From contig JBJEUX010000025.1 in the NCBI GenBank assembly GCA_051884055.1, positions 17,250 through 81,249 of the forward strand: a DNA stretch of 64,000 nt, read 5' to 3'. A program made the translations under genes and the position numbers. Shown here one piece after another: positions 27,117-38,566 of the stretch. The notes under the pieces were generated by a model. It did no database searches, had not been told where the DNA came from, and saw only the letters and a program-made list of their open reading frames with translations. Within the stretch, counting starts at the first letter, position 1. Every line of letters begins with the position of its first letter. Source of the DNA: Candidatus Coproplasma sp. (lineage in GTDB: Bacteria; Bacillota; Clostridia; Christensenellales; Borkfalkiaceae).

Positions 27117-27205
27117 AATACACTCCGAAATTTAAATTACTTTTTAATAATAATATTTTTATCGGCGATTGGCAAGCAATTTATGAAAAAAATTCCATAT
27201 TTCAC

Positions 27206-28357
<1,152 letters not shown>

Positions 28358-28546
28358 CTATTTAGTTTATTTAAGAATTCAAATTTATACAAACCGCTTA
28401 TACAATCATCATCGCTCGCATATTCTTACAGGCACATCTGCTTGGTTCAGAGCCGAGAAAGACAAGGCACGCGAGGATAACCCGAAGGAGTTTACTCAAG
28501 CGTAAATGACTGAGGGTTGCCGCAGCGCAACACAGTATTTCAAAGG

Positions 28547-29572
28547 CTATAAAACAAGCATAGCGTCGCCGAACGAGAAAAACCGATACCTCTCTCCCAC
28601 CGCCACATTATACAGCTCAAGCGTCTTTTCGCGACCGGCTAAGGCGGATACGAGCATTATCAACGTGCTTTCAGGCAGGTGGAAATTGGTGATCAGCGCG
28701 TCAACGCACTTGAATTCGTAGGGAGGATAGATAAAAATCTGAGTATTTCCGCTCTCCGCGCGTACCGTGCCGTCGGCGTTAGCCGCAGATTCAAGGGTGC
28801 GGACCGAAGTGGTTCCAACGGCGATTACACGCCTTCCCTCGCGCTTGGCGGCGTTGATTTTTGCGGCGGAGCTTTTAGATACGCTGTAATATTCGCTGTG
28901 CATCTTGTGGTCGGTGATTATATCTTCCTTAACAGGGCGGAAGGTGCCCAGACCGACGTGAAGAAGGACCTCGACGATTTCCACGCCCATATCCTTTATC
29001 TGTTGCAGAAGTTCGGGCGTGAAGTGCAGCCCTGCGGTGGGCGCGGCAGCAGAGCCGTCCGTCTTTGCGTAAACCGTCTGATACCTGTTCTTGTCCTTGA
29101 GTTTCTCCTTTATATAGGGCGGAAGCGGCATGGAGCCGACCTCGTCCAGAATCTCTTCGAATACTCCGTCGTAGATAAAGCGCACTATTCTTTCACCGCT
29201 CTCGGTTATTCCCTCGACAACCAGCGAGAGCTTTCCGTTTACGGTAAGACGGGTGCCGATTTTACACTTTTTTCCCGGCTTTACAAGCACTTCCCACTTG
29301 TCGATGTCCAGTCGCTTTAAAAGCAGCACTTCCACTATTCCGCCGTGTTCAGTATGAGCGAACATTCGCGCGGGAAGAACCTTAGTGTTGTTGACGACGA
29401 GCACGTCGCCGGCGCGCAAATATTGGCATACGTCGCGGAATATCCTGTGTTCAACCGCGTCCGTAGCCCTGTTATATACCAATAACCGTGAGCTGTCGCG
29501 GGGCTCCGCAGGGGTCTGCGCAATCAGCTCTTCGGGTAGATCGTAATAAAAGTCCGATTTTTTAAACTGCAT
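28547..29572 (-). CDS. queA: S-adenosylmethionine:tRNA ribosyltransferase-isomerase
   Basis: ORF 28547..29596 starts at a TTG that overlaps ruvB. The ATG at 29572, 4 nt after the ruvB stop, is preferred. Confidence 0.92.
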   Translation of the reverse strand: MQFKKSDFYYDLPEELIAQTPAEPRDSSRLLVYNRATDAVEHRIFRDVCQYLRAGDVLVVNNTKVLPARMFAHTEHGGIVEVLLLKRLDIDKWEVLVKPGKKCKIGTRLTVNGKLSLVVEGITESGERIVRFIYDGVFEEILDEVGSMPLPPYIKEKLKDKNRYQTVYAKTDGSAAAPTAGLHFTPELLQQIKDMGVEIVEVLLHVGLGTFRPVKEDIITDHKMHSEYYSVSKSSAAKINAAKREGRRVIAVGTTSVRTLESAANADGTVRAESGNTQIFIYPPYEFKCVDALITNFHLPESTLIMLVSALAGREKTLELYNVAVGERYRFFSFGDAMLVL

Positions 29573-29576
29573 CTTT

Positions 29577-30644
29577 TTAGTCCGAATTTTTGTCAAATAA
29601 ATTAATCTGTTCGCTCTGCGCCCTCGAAGGCGTGTAGCCTAAATGTTCGTAGCCGCCGCGGAGAATCACTCTGCCGCGCGGAGTGCGCGCGATAAAGCCG
29701 AGCTGTAAAAGATAGGGTTCGTAGACGTCCTCGATTGTGCCCGCGTCCTCGTTTATGGTTGCGGCAAGCGTCTCAAGCCCTACGGGCTTACCGTCGAATT
29801 TTTCAATCATAGCCCTTAAAAGACTGCGGTCGATTTCGTCAAGCCCCAGGTCGTCTATCTCCATTCTGCCGAGGGCGAATTTCGCGTCGGCCAAGGTTAC
29901 GCTCTGGCTCTCGTTTACGGTTGAGAAGTCGCGCACGCGCTTTAACAGGCGGTTAGCGATTCGGGGAGTTCCGCGCGAACGGCGGGATATTTCGGTTGCC
30001 GCCGCGTCGTCGATATTTATACCCAGAGTTTTTGCAGAACGCACCACTATCTCTTTAAGCTCGTCGGGCGTGTACATTTCAAGACGGCAGATTATGCCGA
30101 ACCTGTCGCGCAAGGGGTTTGCTATCATACCTGCGCGCGTGGTCGCGCCTATGAGCGTGAATTTTTTTAAGGAAAAGCGGATATTCCGCGCGCTGGGACC
30201 CTTACCTACGATAATATCCAGAGCATAGTCCTCCATTGCGGAATATAAAATTTCTTCAACGCTGTGGTTTAAGCGGTGAATTTCGTCTATGAACAGCACG
30301 TCGCCGTCGTTCAGATTGGTGAGTATCGCCGCCAGATCTCCGCTGCGCTCGATGGCGGGCGCGCTGGTCATCTTGAGCTGTCCGCCCATTTCGTTGGAGA
30401 TTATGTGCGCAAGAGTGGTCTTACCCAAGCCGGGAGCGCCGTACAAAAGGACGTGCTCTAAAGCCTCGCCCCTCTTCTTTGCGGCGTTCATATACACGGT
30501 AAGATTTTCCTTTACCTTGCTCTGACCGACGTATGCGTCCAGGCTCTTGGGGCGCAGAACGTTTTCCTCAACGTCGTATTCGCCCTTCGTGCTCTGAACC
30601 AGTCTGTCCTCTTCTTCGCCGTATTCTTCGTCGTCAAAAAACAT
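29577..30644 (-). CDS. ruvB: Holliday junction branch migration helicase RuvB
   Basis: 355 aa AAA+ protein ([14 protein letters not shown]). Confidence 0.96.
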   Translation of the reverse strand: MFFDDEEYGEEEDRLVQSTKGEYDVEENVLRPKSLDAYVGQSKVKENLTVYMNAAKKRGEALEHVLLYGAPGLGKTTLAHIISNEMGGQLKMTSAPAIERSGDLAAILTNLNDGDVLFIDEIHRLNHSVEEILYSAMEDYALDIIVGKGPSARNIRFSLKKFTLIGATTRAGMIANPLRDRFGIICRLEMYTPDELKEIVVRSAKTLGINIDDAAATEISRRSRGTPRIANRLLKRVRDFSTVNESQSVTLADAKFALGRMEIDDLGLDEIDRSLLRAMIEKFDGKPVGLETLAATINEDAGTIEDVYEPYLLQLGFIARTPRGRVILRGGYEHLGYTPSRAQSEQINLFDKNSD

Positions 30645-30656
30645 CTCGTACCCCTA

Positions 30657-31253
30657 TCACATCGATTTGAGCGCGACCATAATAATATCTTCCACGCTCT
30701 TCGCGCCGCCGTCGCGCGCCTTTAATACCGCCTTCTGGCTTTCCGCACGCGTAAAACCGAGAGTCATCAGCGCGACTATCGCGTCCTCGTCGCCGTCGTT
30801 ATTTGCAATTGGTGCGGGAATATCCTTTAACGAAGCCGCATTTTCGGGCAGAGCCGCCACCTTTTCGCGAAGCTCCAAGATTATGCGCTCGGCAGTCTTT
30901 TTGCCAAGGCCCTTTACCGAAGAGAGCCTTTTAATATCCTGAGTGGCAATCGCCGCTGCAAGCCCGTTTACGTCCATTGACGAGAGAACGGATATACCCA
31001 TCTTGGGTCCTACGCCCGACACGGAAATGAGCTTTAAGAACATATTCTTTTCTTCCATTCCCGAAAAGCCGTAAAGCACCACGCCCGCGGTTTCGCTGAC
31101 CTGAAGATAGGTGTAAACTTCCGCAATTGCGCCCGTGGCCATTTTTGAAAACGCCGAAGCCGAACAAATTACTTCGTAGCCGACTCCGCCCGTTTCGATT
31201 ATCGCGCTGTCCGCGCTCATATAAATTACTTTGCCCTTTAAATATCCTATCAT
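30657..31253 (-). CDS. ruvA: Holliday junction DNA-binding protein RuvA
   Basis: 198 aa with OB, HhH and C-terminal domains. Confidence 0.95.
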   Translation of the reverse strand: MIGYLKGKVIYMSADSAIIETGGVGYEVICSASAFSKMATGAIAEVYTYLQVSETAGVVLYGFSGMEEKNMFLKLISVSGVGPKMGISVLSSMDVNGLAAAIATQDIKRLSSVKGLGKKTAERIILELREKVAALPENAASLKDIPAPIANNDGDEDAIVALMTLGFTRAESQKAVLKARDGGAKSVEDIIMVALKSM

Positions 31254-31254
31254 A

Positions 31255-31752
31255 CTATTTTATACCGAACATTGCGCCGAAGCGCGAGGTGTGTGCGTGA
31301 CAGAGCGCGACCGCCAAGGCGTCCGCCGCGTCGTCGGGACGGGGAATTTTGCTAAGGTGAAGCAGCGAGGTCACGACGTGCATCATCTGAACCTTGTCCG
31401 CCTTGCCGTAGCCCGTGAGCGCCTGCTTGATCTGCATGGGCGTGTATTCGTAAATCTTTCCGCAATATTTGACGGCGGAAAGAAGAATTACGCCCCTTGC
31501 GTGTGCTACGGGTATGCCCGTGGTTATGTTCTTGGAAAAGAACAGCTCCTCTACAGCGATCTCTTCGGGTTTAAATTTATTGAAAATTTTATTCAGCCCC
31601 TCTTCAAGCATTGCAAGCCGGACGGGAAAGGTTTCGTCGTTTGGGGTTTTTACCACTCCGTAATCGACGGGCACGGTGTTGCCGTTATTGAGTTTTTCAA
31701 TCACGCCGTAGCCCATAGTGCCGTAGCCGGGGTCAATTCCGAGAATAATCAT
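31255..31752 (-). CDS. ruvC: Crossover junction endodeoxyribonuclease RuvC
   Basis: 165 aa starting MIILGIDPGYG, an RNase H-like fold signature. Confidence 0.95.
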   Translation of the reverse strand: MIILGIDPGYGTMGYGVIEKLNNGNTVPVDYGVVKTPNDETFPVRLAMLEEGLNKIFNKFKPEEIAVEELFFSKNITTGIPVAHARGVILLSAVKYCGKIYEYTPMQIKQALTGYGKADKVQMMHVVTSLLHLSKIPRPDDAADALAVALCHAHTSRFGAMFGIK

Positions 31753-31800
31753 ATTACCGCGTCCGCGCCAGACGAAATGAAGGTTACTCCGTCTAATCGC

Positions 31801-31829
31801 TTGATAAGTTTATGAAATTATTATATAAT
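31801..31829 (+). promoter_or_regulatory. Sigma-A-type promoter of argH (TTGATA-17-TATAAT)
   Basis: -35 at 31801-31806 and -10 at 31824-31829. Confidence 0.6.
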
Positions 31830-31870
31830 GAAATAACTTTTAAGTCAATTTTATTTGCGAGGTTTTATAT

Positions 31871-33250
31871 ATGAAACTGTGGGAAGGGCGATTCGAGAAG
31901 CCTACCGCTAAAAACGCAGACCTTTTCAACGACTCTCTGCCCTTTGACAAACAGCTTTGGGCGGTGGATATTACCGCTTCAATCGCACACGCAACCATGC
32001 TTGGCAACTGCGGAATCATTTCTCAGGGCGAGGCTAAGAGCATATGCGACGGACTGAACGGCATTGCGGAGGATATTCAGAACGGCGACCTTGAAATTAA
32101 AGGCGCGGAGGATATTCATTCGTTTGTGGAAAATCAGCTTGTCGCGCGCATCGGCGACGCAGGCAAAAAACTGCACACCGCAAGAAGCCGCAACGACCAG
32201 GTTGCAACCGACTTCCGCCTGTACGTGCGCTCGGCGTTCGACAATTTAAAGGAGAGCCTGATTGCAGTCGTAAATTCGCTGCTTATTAAGGCTGAAGAGG
32301 GGCTTGATTATATTATGCCCGGATATACCCATCTCAGAAAAGCCCAGCCCATGTGCGCAGGGCACTTCTTCAACGCGTATTCGGAGATGTTTTTACGCGA
32401 TATAGACAGAGTGGAACACAGCCGCGACCGCGCAAACGTTATGCCCTTGGGCAGCGGCGCTCTGGCGGGCACCTCCTACCCCATCGACCGCTCGCTCACC
32501 TGCTCGCTGCTGGAGTTCGACCACCCCTGCGCAAACTCGCTGGACGGCGTCTCCGACAGGGATTTCGTGGCTGAATATCTGTTCGACGCGTCGATGATTA
32601 TGGCGCACCTTTCGCGCCTGTGCGAAGATATAATTTTATACTCCACCGAGGAGTTCGGATATTTCGACATTGCCGACGAATACTCCACGGGTTCGTCGAT
32701 TATGCCGCAGAAGAAAAACCCCGACATCCCCGAGCTTATGCGCGGCAAGACGGGGCGCGTTTACGGACACCTTATGGCGATTCTGACCACCATTAAAGCC
32801 ATTCCCCTTGCCTACAACAAGGACTTGCAGGAGGACAAGGAGGGATTTTTCGACGCGGAGAAGCAGGTTATAAGTTCGCTGAACATAATGTCTGAATTAC
32901 TTCTCGCCATCACCCTTAAAACCGACCGTATGGAGAGCGCGGCACAGAGCGAGTTCTGCTGTGCGACCGACGTTGCCGACTATATGGCAAAGCACGGCGT
33001 TCCCTTCCGCACTGCCCACGCGGTAACGGGCAAGATCGTGCGCACGTGCATCGAACAGGGTAGAACCCTGCAGGATATGAGCGCGGACGAATACCGCGCG
33101 TTCGACCCCGTATTCGGAGACGACATTGTCGAAGTGGTTAAGGCGCGCTCGTGCGCGGACGCAAGGACCTCGTTGGGCGGAGCTTCCTCCTCTTCGGTAA
33201 GGCAAAACGTTGAATCCATAAGGGAAAGGCTTAAAAAATACGGCGCGTAA
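31871..33250 (+). CDS. argH: Argininosuccinate lyase
   Basis: 459 aa with the fumarate-lyase signature GSSIMPQKKNP. Confidence 0.96.
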   Translation: MKLWEGRFEKPTAKNADLFNDSLPFDKQLWAVDITASIAHATMLGNCGIISQGEAKSICDGLNGIAEDIQNGDLEIKGAEDIHSFVENQLVARIGDAGKKLHTARSRNDQVATDFRLYVRSAFDNLKESLIAVVNSLLIKAEEGLDYIMPGYTHLRKAQPMCAGHFFNAYSEMFLRDIDRVEHSRDRANVMPLGSGALAGTSYPIDRSLTCSLLEFDHPCANSLDGVSDRDFVAEYLFDASMIMAHLSRLCEDIILYSTEEFGYFDIADEYSTGSSIMPQKKNPDIPELMRGKTGRVYGHLMAILTTIKAIPLAYNKDLQEDKEGFFDAEKQVISSLNIMSELLLAITLKTDRMESAAQSEFCCATDVADYMAKHGVPFRTAHAVTGKIVRTCIEQGRTLQDMSADEYRAFDPVFGDDIVEVVKARSCADARTSLGGASSSSVRQNVESIRERLKKYGA

Positions 33251-33301
33251 TCGCAGCATTCAATTTATAAGGATAGACCGAACAATACGGCGCGTGATTG
33301 C
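33237..33301 (+). repeat. Echo of the argH stop region 47 bp downstream
   Basis: aatacggcgcgtaatcgc (33237-33254, contains the TAA stop) is matched by aatacggcgcgtgattgc (33284-33301). Confidence 0.8.
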
Positions 33302-33387
33302 TACAAAGTTTACGCCGCAACACAAAGGTTTTAATTACAATATATTCTACGCTGCACTGCAAAAATATTTTTTATTATATAGTTTAC

Positions 33388-33424
33388 GCCGCACCGCAAA
33401 ATGTTTTGCGGTGCGGCGTTTATA
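33388..33424. terminator. Terminator between convergent argH and the aminotransferase gene
   Basis: 14-bp stem gccgcaccgcaaaa/ttttgcggtgcggc with a 2-nt loop, then GTTTAT. Its left arm has two degenerate upstream copies (33308-33326 and 33346-33365). Confidence 0.8.
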
Positions 33425-33463
33425 TCACTTAAATCAATTTGTTCTTTCAGGCATAAACCTACG

Positions 33464-34651
33464 TTAATTTTTATAGCTTTGCGCAAGCGCCTTGAACGCA
33501 GGTAGCGAACGCACTATCATATCGGGCGATACGCAGTAGGAAATGCGGACGTAGCCTTCCACCCCGAACGAATTTGCCGAAACCAGCAACAGCTCGAAAT
33601 CTTTAGCCCTCTCGGCAAACGTGTCTGCGTCGGGCTCGGGCGACTTGACGAACAGATAGAACGCTCCGTCGGGCTTTACCACTTCGAAACCGTACTCGGT
33701 GAGAGCCGCGCAGAGCACGTCGCGGTTGGACTTATACACGGATACGTCCGAGGTTTTATCGTACACCCTTTCAACCAACCGCTGAAACAGCGCGGGCGCA
33801 CAGACGTAGCCCAACGCTCTGCCCGCTCCGCACACCGCCGCGTAGATATCGGCAGAGTTTTCCGATTGGGGACAGACTGCGATATAGCCTATTCTTTCGC
33901 CGGGCAGGGAGAGCGACTTTGAGTACGAATAGCAGACTATTGAATTTTTGTAGTAATTCATAACGTACGGCACTTTTACGCCGTCGAACACAAGCTCGCG
34001 ATAGGGTTCGTCAGAGATGAGATATACAGGCTCGCCACGTCTTGCGCTCTCCTCTTCCAGAGCTTTACAAAGCGACTTTATAACCTCTTCGCCGTAAACG
34101 ACACCCGAAGGATTGTTGGGAGAATTGATTATAACCGCCTTGGTTTTGGGCGTAATCGCCGCCTTAACCTTTTCAACGTCTATCTGGAAGGTACCTTCCT
34201 CGCCCATAACCGGCACAAGAACGCCGCCCGCGTTTTCGACGAACACCCTGTATTCGGGGAAGAAGGGAGCTATGGTTATGACCTCGTCGCCGCGGTTTAA
34301 GAGCGCGCCGAGCGATATGCACAGCGAAGCCGCCGCACCGCAGGCCATATAAATAAGGTCGGGGGTCATTCCCACGTTGAAGCGCGCGTTTACGTAGTTT
34401 GAAATTGTAGTTCTGACCGAAAGGTCGCCCTGAGCCGAAGTGTAGCCGTGAACGGTTACGGGGTCGCATTCGGACAAGATATTAATAAGCTCGCGGTTGA
34501 CCTCCTCGGGAGCAGGAACCGACGGGTTGCCCAAGGAGAAGTCAAACACGTTCTCCTCCCCTATTTCCGCCTTGCGCTTTTTGCCGTATTCGAAGAGTTC
34601 GCGAATGACCGAGCGAACCTTGCCGAGCTGCATATTCTTTTGATTAATCAT
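33464..34651 (-). CDS. PLP-dependent class I/II aminotransferase (aspartate/alanine aminotransferase-like)
   Basis: 395 aa with NPSG and SYSKSLSLPG (PLP-binding Lys) motifs. Confidence 0.88.
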   Translation of the reverse strand: MINQKNMQLGKVRSVIRELFEYGKKRKAEIGEENVFDFSLGNPSVPAPEEVNRELINILSECDPVTVHGYTSAQGDLSVRTTISNYVNARFNVGMTPDLIYMACGAAASLCISLGALLNRGDEVITIAPFFPEYRVFVENAGGVLVPVMGEEGTFQIDVEKVKAAITPKTKAVIINSPNNPSGVVYGEEVIKSLCKALEEESARRGEPVYLISDEPYRELVFDGVKVPYVMNYYKNSIVCYSYSKSLSLPGERIGYIAVCPQSENSADIYAAVCGAGRALGYVCAPALFQRLVERVYDKTSDVSVYKSNRDVLCAALTEYGFEVVKPDGAFYLFVKSPEPDADTFAERAKDFELLLVSANSFGVEGYVRISYCVSPDMIVRSLPAFKALAQSYKN

Positions 34652-34988
34652 AGTTTTTCCGCCAAAGTTTGATAAAAATATTATAGCTCATATACCTTGA
34701 AATGTAAAGGACAGACAAAACTATTTCCGTCATAATTTTCTTAATCTGAGCATTTTGACCCCCGTCTTTACGGTGCAGTAGGTATTTTCCGAAAAAAATT
34801 TTTGCCCGAAACATTGAAAATTTACTTACGAAAAATTTTTAAAAATGTTAAAATATTTACAATAGACGAAGCGATCTCCGCCAATTTTTTTGAATGAAGC
34901 TTTGCGTAAAATTTTGCGTAAAAGACGGAAAATTCAGATTTTAATGTCGGAACAGCGATGAAAGTAATTCCGTCTATGGGAGAGAAGT

Positions 34989-35498
34989 ATGAGTTTTTCG
35001 ATAGGCGATAAGGTCAGTTACGGCGCGCTTGGCGACTGCGAAATTGTAGGCAAAGAGAGAAAAAATTTTACGGGTACCGCAAGAGACTATCTGCTTTTAA
35101 GGCAGCTTGAAAACGGCTCTACCATATATCTGCCTACCGAAAAGGCGGAGCTTTTAAAGCCCGCCACTAAAAAGCTCACCGCAAGCGAGCTTGAAGCAAT
35201 TTTATGCGCCGAACCTGCACAGATCGACTGGTCGCAGGACGACAAGAAGCGCGAAGAGACCTTCAAAAAAATTATCGCCTGCGACGAACCCGTTTCGGCT
35301 TGCTCGCTTTTAAAGGCGATTTACGCCGAACAGGAAAGACTTAAAGCCGCAAAGAGAAAGCTGAGAGCAATCGATCTGAACACAGCAAAAATCTGCGAAA
35401 AGATTGTGTACGCGCACCTTGTAAAGACCGTGGAACTCGACCCCGAAGGCGTTGCGCCTTTGGTTCTCGGCAAAGAGGCGCCCGTTTTTAAGGACTGA
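34989..35498 (+). CDS. CarD/CdnL-family-like transcription factor
   Basis: 169 aa with an N-terminal Tudor-like segment (FSIGDKVSYGALGDCEIVG...YLLL). Resemblance judged by eye only. Confidence 0.55.
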   Translation: MSFSIGDKVSYGALGDCEIVGKERKNFTGTARDYLLLRQLENGSTIYLPTEKAELLKPATKKLTASELEAILCAEPAQIDWSQDDKKREETFKKIIACDEPVSACSLLKAIYAEQERLKAAKRKLRAIDLNTAKICEKIVYAHLVKTVELDPEGVAPLVLGKEAPVFKD

Positions 35499-35519
35499 AT
35501 TCAATTAATAATATCGAAA

Positions 35520-35552
35520 GACGGGCTGAATATTTCAGCCCGTCAGTTTTTT
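35520..35552. terminator. Bidirectional terminator shared by the CarD-like gene and sigF
   Basis: Stem gacgggctgaa/ttcagcccgtc with a 3-nt loop and TTTTTT on the plus strand. The right arm overlaps the sigF stop codon. Confidence 0.75.
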
Positions 35553-36260
35553 GCGGAAAGTCTCCATTATACGGTTTTCAATGCGCGACACCTGAACCTG
35601 CGAAACGCCCAGCATACACGCCACTTCCGACTGGGTCATATCGCGGAAATAGCGCAGCATTATCACCTTTCTGTCGCGGTCGGGAAGGGATGATATCGCC
35701 GAACGCAGTTCCAATAAATCTATGATATCCTCCTGCTTGTCCTCGACCGGCAGTTTGTCCAACAGCAGCTGAGACTTTTCGTCCTTGTAGTCCGACTGCG
35801 CGAAGAGCGACACGGGCATTCGTGAAGAACCCATTGTAAACACCACCTCGCTCTCGGGCATTTCAAACTTTTCCGAAATGGCTTTGACTGACGGCTGACA
35901 GCCGTTGGTGGCGGAATATGCCTCGACGAACGCGTTTATCTCCTTGGCTTTAGCCTTGATCTGACGCGAAACTTTTATGCTTCCGTCGTCGCGCATAAAC
36001 CGCTTTATCTCGCCAGAAATCATGGGTACGGCGTAGGTCGAAAAGCGCACTCCGAAGCTTTTATCGAAGCCGTTTATCGCCTTTAAAAGCCCCATACTCG
36101 CCAGCTGATACAGATCGTCGTATTCAACGCCCTTGTTCAGATACCTTCTTACAATGCTCTTTATAAGGTTGTTGTTTTCGGTAAGTAATTTTTCTTTTGC
36201 CTGAGCGTCTCCCGCCTTGGCTCTTTCGATATATTGGTTGGTTGCCTCAACGTCAAGCAT
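35535..36260 (-). CDS. sigF: Sporulation sigma factor SigF
   Basis: ORF 35535..36278 trimmed to the ATG at 36260, giving an ATGCTTGA overlap with the spoIIAB stop. Third gene of the spoIIA operon. Confidence 0.9.
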   Translation of the reverse strand: MLDVEATNQYIERAKAGDAQAKEKLLTENNNLIKSIVRRYLNKGVEYDDLYQLASMGLLKAINGFDKSFGVRFSTYAVPMISGEIKRFMRDDGSIKVSRQIKAKAKEINAFVEAYSATNGCQPSVKAISEKFEMPESEVVFTMGSSRMPVSLFAQSDYKDEKSQLLLDKLPVEDKQEDIIDLLELRSAISSLPDRDRKVIMLRYFRDMTQSEVACMLGVSQVQVSRIENRIMETFRKKLTG

Positions 36261-36690
36261 TCTCCACTTCCGCTTCAAAACGTTTGGTCATATACACTAC
36301 GGTACCTTCGCCCCTGATGGAATTTACCTTGAACTCGTCCATAAAGGTCTGCATTATGGTAAAGCCCATTCCCGAGCGCTCGTCGTCAGGCAAGGTGGTA
36401 TAGAAGGGCTGAACAGCCTTTTCGATATCGTCGATGCCCCTACCCGTGTCGATAACCTTGATATGTAGGGCGTTGTCCTCTATTTCGCACTCCACCGTAA
36501 TTATGCCCAGGTTCCCCTTGTAGGCGTGAACCGTACAGTTTGTGACCGCCTCCGATACGGCGGTTTTCACGTCGGAGAGAGCCGAAAGCGTGGGATTAAG
36601 CTCAAGGCAGAAAGCCGCCACAGCGTCGCGGGCAAATGCCTGATTGCGGGCAAGCGAATAAAATTGAAGTTTTAAATAGTTTTTGGTCAT
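36253..36690 (-). CDS. spoIIAB: Anti-sigma F factor (serine kinase) SpoIIAB
   Basis: 145 aa GHKL ATPase (EAVTNC, DTGRGI, GMGF). Confidence 0.92.
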   Translation of the reverse strand: MTKNYLKLQFYSLARNQAFARDAVAAFCLELNPTLSALSDVKTAVSEAVTNCTVHAYKGNLGIITVECEIEDNALHIKVIDTGRGIDDIEKAVQPFYTTLPDDERSGMGFTIMQTFMDEFKVNSIRGEGTVVYMTKRFEAEVENA

Positions 36691-36694
36691 CTGG

Positions 36695-37006
36695 TTACTC
36701 CGCCTTTGGAATTAATGTATAAATACCGCTCAAAGATAAGACCTTGTCCGCGGCAAAGTTGGGTTTTTCAACCATGAGCGGAATACCTAACCGCACCGCC
36801 TTTTTGTACCTGCCTATGAGAAAACCTATGCCTGTGGAATCCATAAACTCCACTTCGGACAGGTTGATTATTATCCTGCGCACGGATAAATTTTCGTCAA
36901 TTAACTTATCGCATTTCTGCCTGACCGCCGCGGCGGAATATTCGTCCATATCGCCTATCAGCTTTATGTAAAGCGTGGTCTGCGATTTTGTATTTTCGAC
37001 TTTCAT
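36695..37006 (-). CDS. spoIIAA: Anti-sigma F factor antagonist SpoIIAA (STAS)
   Basis: 103 aa STAS domain with the phosphorylatable Ser motif (FMDSTGIG). Confidence 0.9.
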   Translation of the reverse strand: MKVENTKSQTTLYIKLIGDMDEYSAAAVRQKCDKLIDENLSVRRIIINLSEVEFMDSTGIGFLIGRYKKAVRLGIPLMVEKPNFAADKVLSLSGIYTLIPKAE

Positions 37007-37116
37007 TTGCCAAGCCCTCCTTTGATTTAAGAAAATATTACTATGTGAAGGCGTGAAAATTTTGTCAAGTTTTATACTATTTTAAGCATTTAAGGCGTAT
37101 TTACGGCAGCTCACGA

Positions 37117-37159
37117 TAAAAATTGAGGCGCGGACGAAAAATTTTCGTCCGCGCCTCAA
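37117..37159 (-). terminator. Terminator after the PNPOx-like gene (distal of two hairpins)
   Basis: 18-bp stem ttgaggcgcggacgaaaa/ttttcgtccgcgcctcaa followed by TTTTTAT on the minus strand. Confidence 0.8.
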
Positions 37160-37176
37160 CGCTTTATTATAAAACG

Positions 37177-37215
37177 TTTTACCGCCGCGCTTGAGTCTTA
37201 AACGCGGCGGTAAAA
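37177..37215 (-). terminator. Proximal hairpin after the PNPOx-like gene
   Basis: 13-bp stem ttttaccgccgcg/cgcggcggtaaaa with a 13-nt loop. Confidence 0.55.
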
Positions 37216-37225
37216 TTCAAAAATA

Positions 37226-37642
37226 TTAAAACTCGTATCTGGTGCCGTTTAAAAACAGCACGCCGTCGGTCAGTTCGATGCGCAGTATTACCGTATTCTC
37301 GTCGTCGAAATTGTTGTGCCCGTTGTCTATCCACTCCGCAAAAGCAAGCCGCAAATTCTGAGCAATTTCACAATTTTCCCGCTTGCCGAAAAAGCCTAGA
37401 TTTACCGCCTGGCCGTGTCCCGAAAACCATTCGCCCGCAATCGCTACGCAGGGGTTGCTCTCTATCTGATTCATCTTGTTGGACAGCGCGTATGTGATTA
37501 CGTAAAACGCTCCGTCCTCGTAGTGTGCGTTTACCCGCCTTACGGACGGGACGTTATCCTTTGACGTTGCCAGCGCAATCAGGCTGTCCTTGCCAAATCT
37601 GTCCGTCATTATTTTTTCAACTTCAGCGCTCGGTTTAGCCAT
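37226..37642 (-). CDS. Pyridoxamine 5'-phosphate oxidase family (FMN-binding split barrel) protein
   Basis: 138 aa, typical family pattern judged by eye. Confidence 0.7.
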   Translation of the reverse strand: MAKPSAEVEKIMTDRFGKDSLIALATSKDNVPSVRRVNAHYEDGAFYVITYALSNKMNQIESNPCVAIAGEWFSGHGQAVNLGFFGKRENCEIAQNLRLAFAEWIDNGHNNFDDENTVILRIELTDGVLFLNGTRYEF

Positions 37643-37678
37643 AAAATCCTCCCTTATCCTTTATGCCACTGCCGCTAT

Positions 37679-38566
37679 TTAGTCGGCGGAAATCTCTTCA
37701 TAGCGACTGTCGATTTCTTTAAAGGTCTTTATAAAACACTTATAAAAGCCCGTGCTGCTATCCGTGATATACGGCTCGGTTATAATATCCTCGCTCCAAT
37801 ACGCGGATAAATCGTAATACTTAGTTACTTTCCAGCCCTGCAAAAAGCCGATGTCTATCGCCTTTTGGGGGCAGTAGTACGAACAGCGCATACACATATC
37901 GCAGGAGTGCCTGAACTTAACTTTCCCGCCGCTTATGCATACGTTCTGATGAGGGCAGTTTTTTGCGCACAGTCCGCATTTGTTGCACTTTTTGTCGTCA
38001 ACCCTGTACAAAAACGAGTTTACGTTGCCGCCGATCGCCTGAATACTTACGAAGAACGCGGCAAAGTTGTATATTGCCTTGCTCTTAATGCGGGGCGCGA
38101 TTCCGTGCGAAAGATTGTAAAACATTATGTCTAAAAGTTTTTTATCCTCGCGCACGATCTGCCTTATAAAATCCGGGTCAAACTCAAAGTGGATATTATA
38201 GGGCATTACGAAGTGATATTCTCCGCAGAACGCTGCCCCCTTATTCTTCATGCGGCGCAGAATTTTACGGCTGGAAGCGTTGTTCATCGCCAGAGTTTCA
38301 CCGCTGTTTTTATAGATAAAGTATTTTTGCCCACGCGAAAATTCAAGCTTTTTGAAATACTTTAAAAAGGGGTGCGGCGCGTTGAATCCGTATATGGGAT
38401 AAGAAAATCCGATATATTCGTACCCGTCCGTACTGACGGGCGGAGTGGTCGAATTAATTTCAACCCTGTCCGTCTGATAGCCCAGAGCCTCAAAGCGTTC
38501 TGCGACTTTATCCGTTAAAAATCGGGTGTTGAAGGTCCCCGTGTAGTAGATAAGCAGGACTTTCAC
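37679..38566 (-). CDS. Flavodoxin-like/2x[4Fe-4S] ferredoxin fusion (EFR1-family-like)
   Basis: 295 aa with an N-terminal MKVLLIYYTGTFNT flavodoxin-like start and two CxxCxxCxxxCP motifs (CNKCGLCAKNCP, CDMCMRCSYYCP). Confidence 0.75.
   Translation of the reverse strand: MKVLLIYYTGTFNTRFLTDKVAERFEALGYQTDRVEINSTTPPVSTDGYEYIGFSYPIYGFNAPHPFLKYFKKLEFSRGQKYFIYKNSGETLAMNNASSRKILRRMKNKGAAFCGEYHFVMPYNIHFEFDPDFIRQIVREDKKLLDIMFYNLSHGIAPRIKSKAIYNFAAFFVSIQAIGGNVNSFLYRVDDKKCNKCGLCAKNCPHQNVCISGGKVKFRHSCDMCMRCSYYCPQKAIDIGFLQGWKVTKYYDLSAYWSEDIITEPYITDSSTGFYKCFIKTFKEIDSRYEEISAD

Noticed and set aside
31807-31850. ArgR/AhrC ARG box at the argH promoter (atgaaat occurs twice)
   Set aside because: Only the left half-site-like TGAAT/TGAAA is present. 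The palindromic ATTCA half is missing, and the region is generally AT-rich.
34894-34944. 16-codon ORF (MKLCVKFCVKDGKFRF) upstream of the CarD-like gene as a leader peptide
   Set aside because: It has no SD sequence. The Cys-Val-Lys repetition simply reflects a DNA direct repeat (ttgcgtaaaa twice). There is no associated attenuator structure.
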